Below are positions 31,956 through 32,000 of a stretch of DNA of 32,000 nucleotides, one piece after another. The stretch comes from Candidatus Saccharimonadota bacterium. Lineage in GTDB: Bacteria > Patescibacteriota > Saccharimonadia > Saccharimonadales > UBA4665. The notes under the pieces are model-generated. The model did no database searches, was not told where the DNA came from, and worked only from the letters and a program-made list of their open reading frames with translations. Within the stretch, counting starts at the first letter, position 1; every line of letters starts with the position of its first letter. The position numbers were made by a program, and so were the translations under genes. The stretch lies in contig CP025011.1 of the NCBI GenBank assembly GCA_002952755.1, forward strand, positions 60,001-92,000, given 5' to 3'.

Positions 31956-32000
31956 ATGTTTGGCATAAAAAAGAAAGACCCCAGCTCCGACCGACTCACC
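31956..32000 (+). CDS. 5' end of an unidentified gene (MFGIKKKDPSSDRLT...), truncated by the window edge
   Basis: ATG after AAGGAC. Only 15 codons are visible. Confidence 0.25.
   Translation, partial: MFGIKKKDPSSDRLT

Noticed and set aside
30603-31999. Antisense ORFs inside and just downstream of dnaK (30603-30872, 30692-31006, 30993-31544, 31280-31588, 31634-31999)
   Set aside because: These are shadow ORFs of a highly conserved + strand gene, with Ser/Ala-rich nonsense products.

Overview
The window looks like it comes from a small-genome bacterium of roughly 50% GC. A Patescibacteria/Saccharibacteria-like origin is only a guess, based on gene content, short chaperone-regulator genes and many lineage-restricted hypothetical proteins. 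Layout: (i) 1-8.6 kb holds assorted enzymes (GrpB-like, alpha/beta hydrolase, SDR, HD hydrolase, a truncated thymidylate-synthase-fold protein, YjbQ, YbaK-type deacylase, GNAT-like) mixed with orphan ORFs. (ii) 8.7-13.2 kb is a visibly AT-richer accessory patch. It carries a tightly overlapping operon (single-TM/repeat protein, helical C-terminal module, 84-aa middle protein, 596-aa coiled-coil ABC ATPase) with the architecture of an ABC three-component (ABC-3C) conflict system. A 493-aa protein ending in a RecB/Cas4-like PD-(D/E)xK nuclease domain converges on it. This patch is my best candidate for the novel system. (iii) 13.3-14.8 kb holds an Ldh_2-family dehydrogenase and a DUF805 membrane protein. 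(iv) 14.9-18.3 kb looks like a recombinase-associated module: XRE regulator, an 11-unit STAHGGGx octarepeat protein, two orphan ORFs and a large serine recombinase whose ORF runs into an antisense tRNA(CAU). (v) 18.4-32 kb is housekeeping: tilS, ftsH, murJ, an orphan ORF, lepA, a guanylate-kinase-like gene and hrcA-grpE-dnaK under CIRCE operators, with a winged-helix + NYN RNase cassette inserted between grpE and dnaK. Other notable items are a 30-bp perfect inverted repeat between ftsH and murJ, a 26-bp exact repeat upstream of two unrelated genes, and a recurrent -10 box placed 6-9 nt from the ATG, which suggests leaderless mRNAs. All functional calls come from motif reading by eye; no database search was possible.
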